The translations under genes were made by a program, and so were the position numbers. This document shows, piece after piece, positions 63,301-64,000 of a stretch of DNA of 64,000 nt (the stretch's first letter is position 1; every line of letters begins with the position of its first letter). The stretch lies in NCBI RefSeq assembly GCF_001447785.1, contig NW_015160846.1, positions 1,084,146 to 1,148,145 of the forward strand, written 5' to 3'. This DNA comes from Gekko japonicus (lineage: Eukaryota). The notes beneath the pieces are model-generated. The model was given only the letters and a program-made list of their open reading frames with translations. It ran no database searches and was not told the origin of the DNA.

Positions 63301-64000
63301 AAATCCATAAATGTGTCAGCAGTTCCCGCACCCACAGCCAGGAATTGGGGGGGGGGGATAAGGGGCACGCTGAATCACTCTTACAGAAAGGGGACCCCAC
63401 TGTTTGCACCAGAGCCATGCAACATCCTCCTTCCTGATGTCTGTGTCAGGTGACACATCCTTGCAAAGGCAGCAGCCTTGAATGCATTTGTGGAACAGCA
63501 CAGTCACGCAATCCCTCCCTCCCTCCCTCCTGCAGGCAAGCTGCCTTGCAAACAAGGGGAGCTCTAGAAGCTGCTTCCGATACAGAAAGTGATGCATGCC
63601 AAGAATTCTCGCCAAGCGCACACATGGCTTTGGGAGTACCTGAGGGAGCTCTCCAGATTGCAGCCACTTACAGCAATTGCAGCCACACATTACAGCAATA
63701 AGCGTTGCTTGTGGAACAAGAACAAGATTGCAACAAAAAATGCCCAACTTACCACCTTTGTTGGATGGCTCTCTGATAAGCCCAGTTCTGAAAGCTGGGT
63801 TTTTGTTGGCTCATGGGTTGATCTGGTAGGCTCTTCAGTTGTTCCATGGAGAGCCTCTGTTTTCTGCCAAATGAAGGCCGAATGTGACTCGCAGAGCTCA
63901 AAAACCAACTTCCCTGCAGCTCAGCACCGACCTGTGGGGTTTACCTTGACTGCTTTGGCTCTTCTCCTTGCTAGCCTGTTGCTGATTTCTCCCAAAGGAC
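57269..64000 (-). CDS. CCNB2: G2/mitotic-specific cyclin-B2, spliced CDS, 5'-partial: complement join(63945->64000,63753-63863,61834-62004,61064-61222,59949-60185,58225-58365,57778-57888,57269-57391)
   Basis: D-box tail [43 protein letters not shown] and LAKYLMELT. All introns are phase 0 and GT-AG. Exon sizes 171/159/237/141/111 match the recalled CCNB2 structure. Convergent with MYO1E. Confidence 0.92.
57778..57888 (-). CDS. CCNB2: CCNB2 exon 8
   Basis: [37 protein letters not shown]. Confidence 0.93.
58225..58365 (-). CDS. CCNB2: CCNB2 exon 7
   Basis: [47 protein letters not shown]. Confidence 0.93.
58716..58997 (-). mobile_element. Squam3-like SINE in CCNB2 intron 6
   Basis: Reverse complement of the consensus. 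Confidence 0.85.
59110..59395 (+). mobile_element. Squam3-like SINE in CCNB2 intron 6
   Basis: Consensus with long (CTT)n tail. Confidence 0.85.
59504..59709 (+). mobile_element. hAT MITE, CAGTGTTCCCTCTAA family, nested in a tRNA-SINE
   Basis: TIRs; 8-bp TSD (c/g)tctcagg. Confidence 0.8.
59949..60185 (-). CDS. CCNB2: CCNB2 exon 6
   Basis: [27 protein letters not shown]...[18 protein letters not shown]. Confidence 0.93.
61064..61222 (-). CDS. CCNB2: CCNB2 exon 5 (cyclin box, MRAIL)
   Basis: [53 protein letters not shown]. Confidence 0.93.
61535..61802 (-). mobile_element. Squam3-like SINE in CCNB2 intron 4
   Basis: Reverse complement of the consensus; head ~30 nt from the exon 4 donor. Confidence 0.85.
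61834..62004 (-). CDS. CCNB2: CCNB2 exon 4
   Basis: [24 protein letters not shown]...[20 protein letters not shown]. Confidence 0.92.
63753..63863 (-). CDS. CCNB2: CCNB2 exon 3
   Basis: [37 protein letters not shown]; cag/gtaagt; 111 nt, low-conservation linker. Confidence 0.75.
63945..64000 (-). CDS. CCNB2: CCNB2 exon 2 (partial, D-box region)
   Basis: ..[18 protein letters not shown] then gtaaac. Confidence 0.85.

Noticed and set aside
57269-64000. CCNB1 or a cyclin pseudogene
   Set aside because: Synteny with MYO1E, exon sizes and motifs ([18 protein letters not shown]) fit CCNB2; no stops or frameshifts in the visible exons.

Overview
Vertebrate genomic DNA. The repeat content (Squam3-like, tRNA-Ala-derived and 5S-derived SINEs, CR1, RTE/BovB, L1, Penelope relics, hAT and Harbinger MITEs) points to a squamate, probably a gecko (inference). 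There are two convergent protein-coding genes. MYO1E (unconventional myosin Ie, + strand) has coding exons 3-28 here, from 2708 to the stop at 55012: 3180 nt spliced, 1059 aa plus stop; exons 1-2 lie upstream of the window. CCNB2 (cyclin B2, - strand) has part of exon 2 to exon 9, from 64000 down to the stop at 57269. Exon numbers follow the human orthologs from memory. All exon boundaries were read by eye, are GT-AG and keep frame. Most ORFs in the supplied track are intronic or repeat noise. Best second-look items: (1) a 998-bp CpG-rich, hairpin-rich insert in MYO1E intron 4 with a Helitron-like terminus and a 15-bp flanking duplication; (2) minimal hammerhead-ribozyme motifs in Penelope-type relics; (3) a probable U12-type acceptor before MYO1E exon 3; (4) unusual substitutions in the cyclin box of CCNB2. 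I cannot claim a clearly new biological system. There are two assembly gaps (25-321, 43254-43303).
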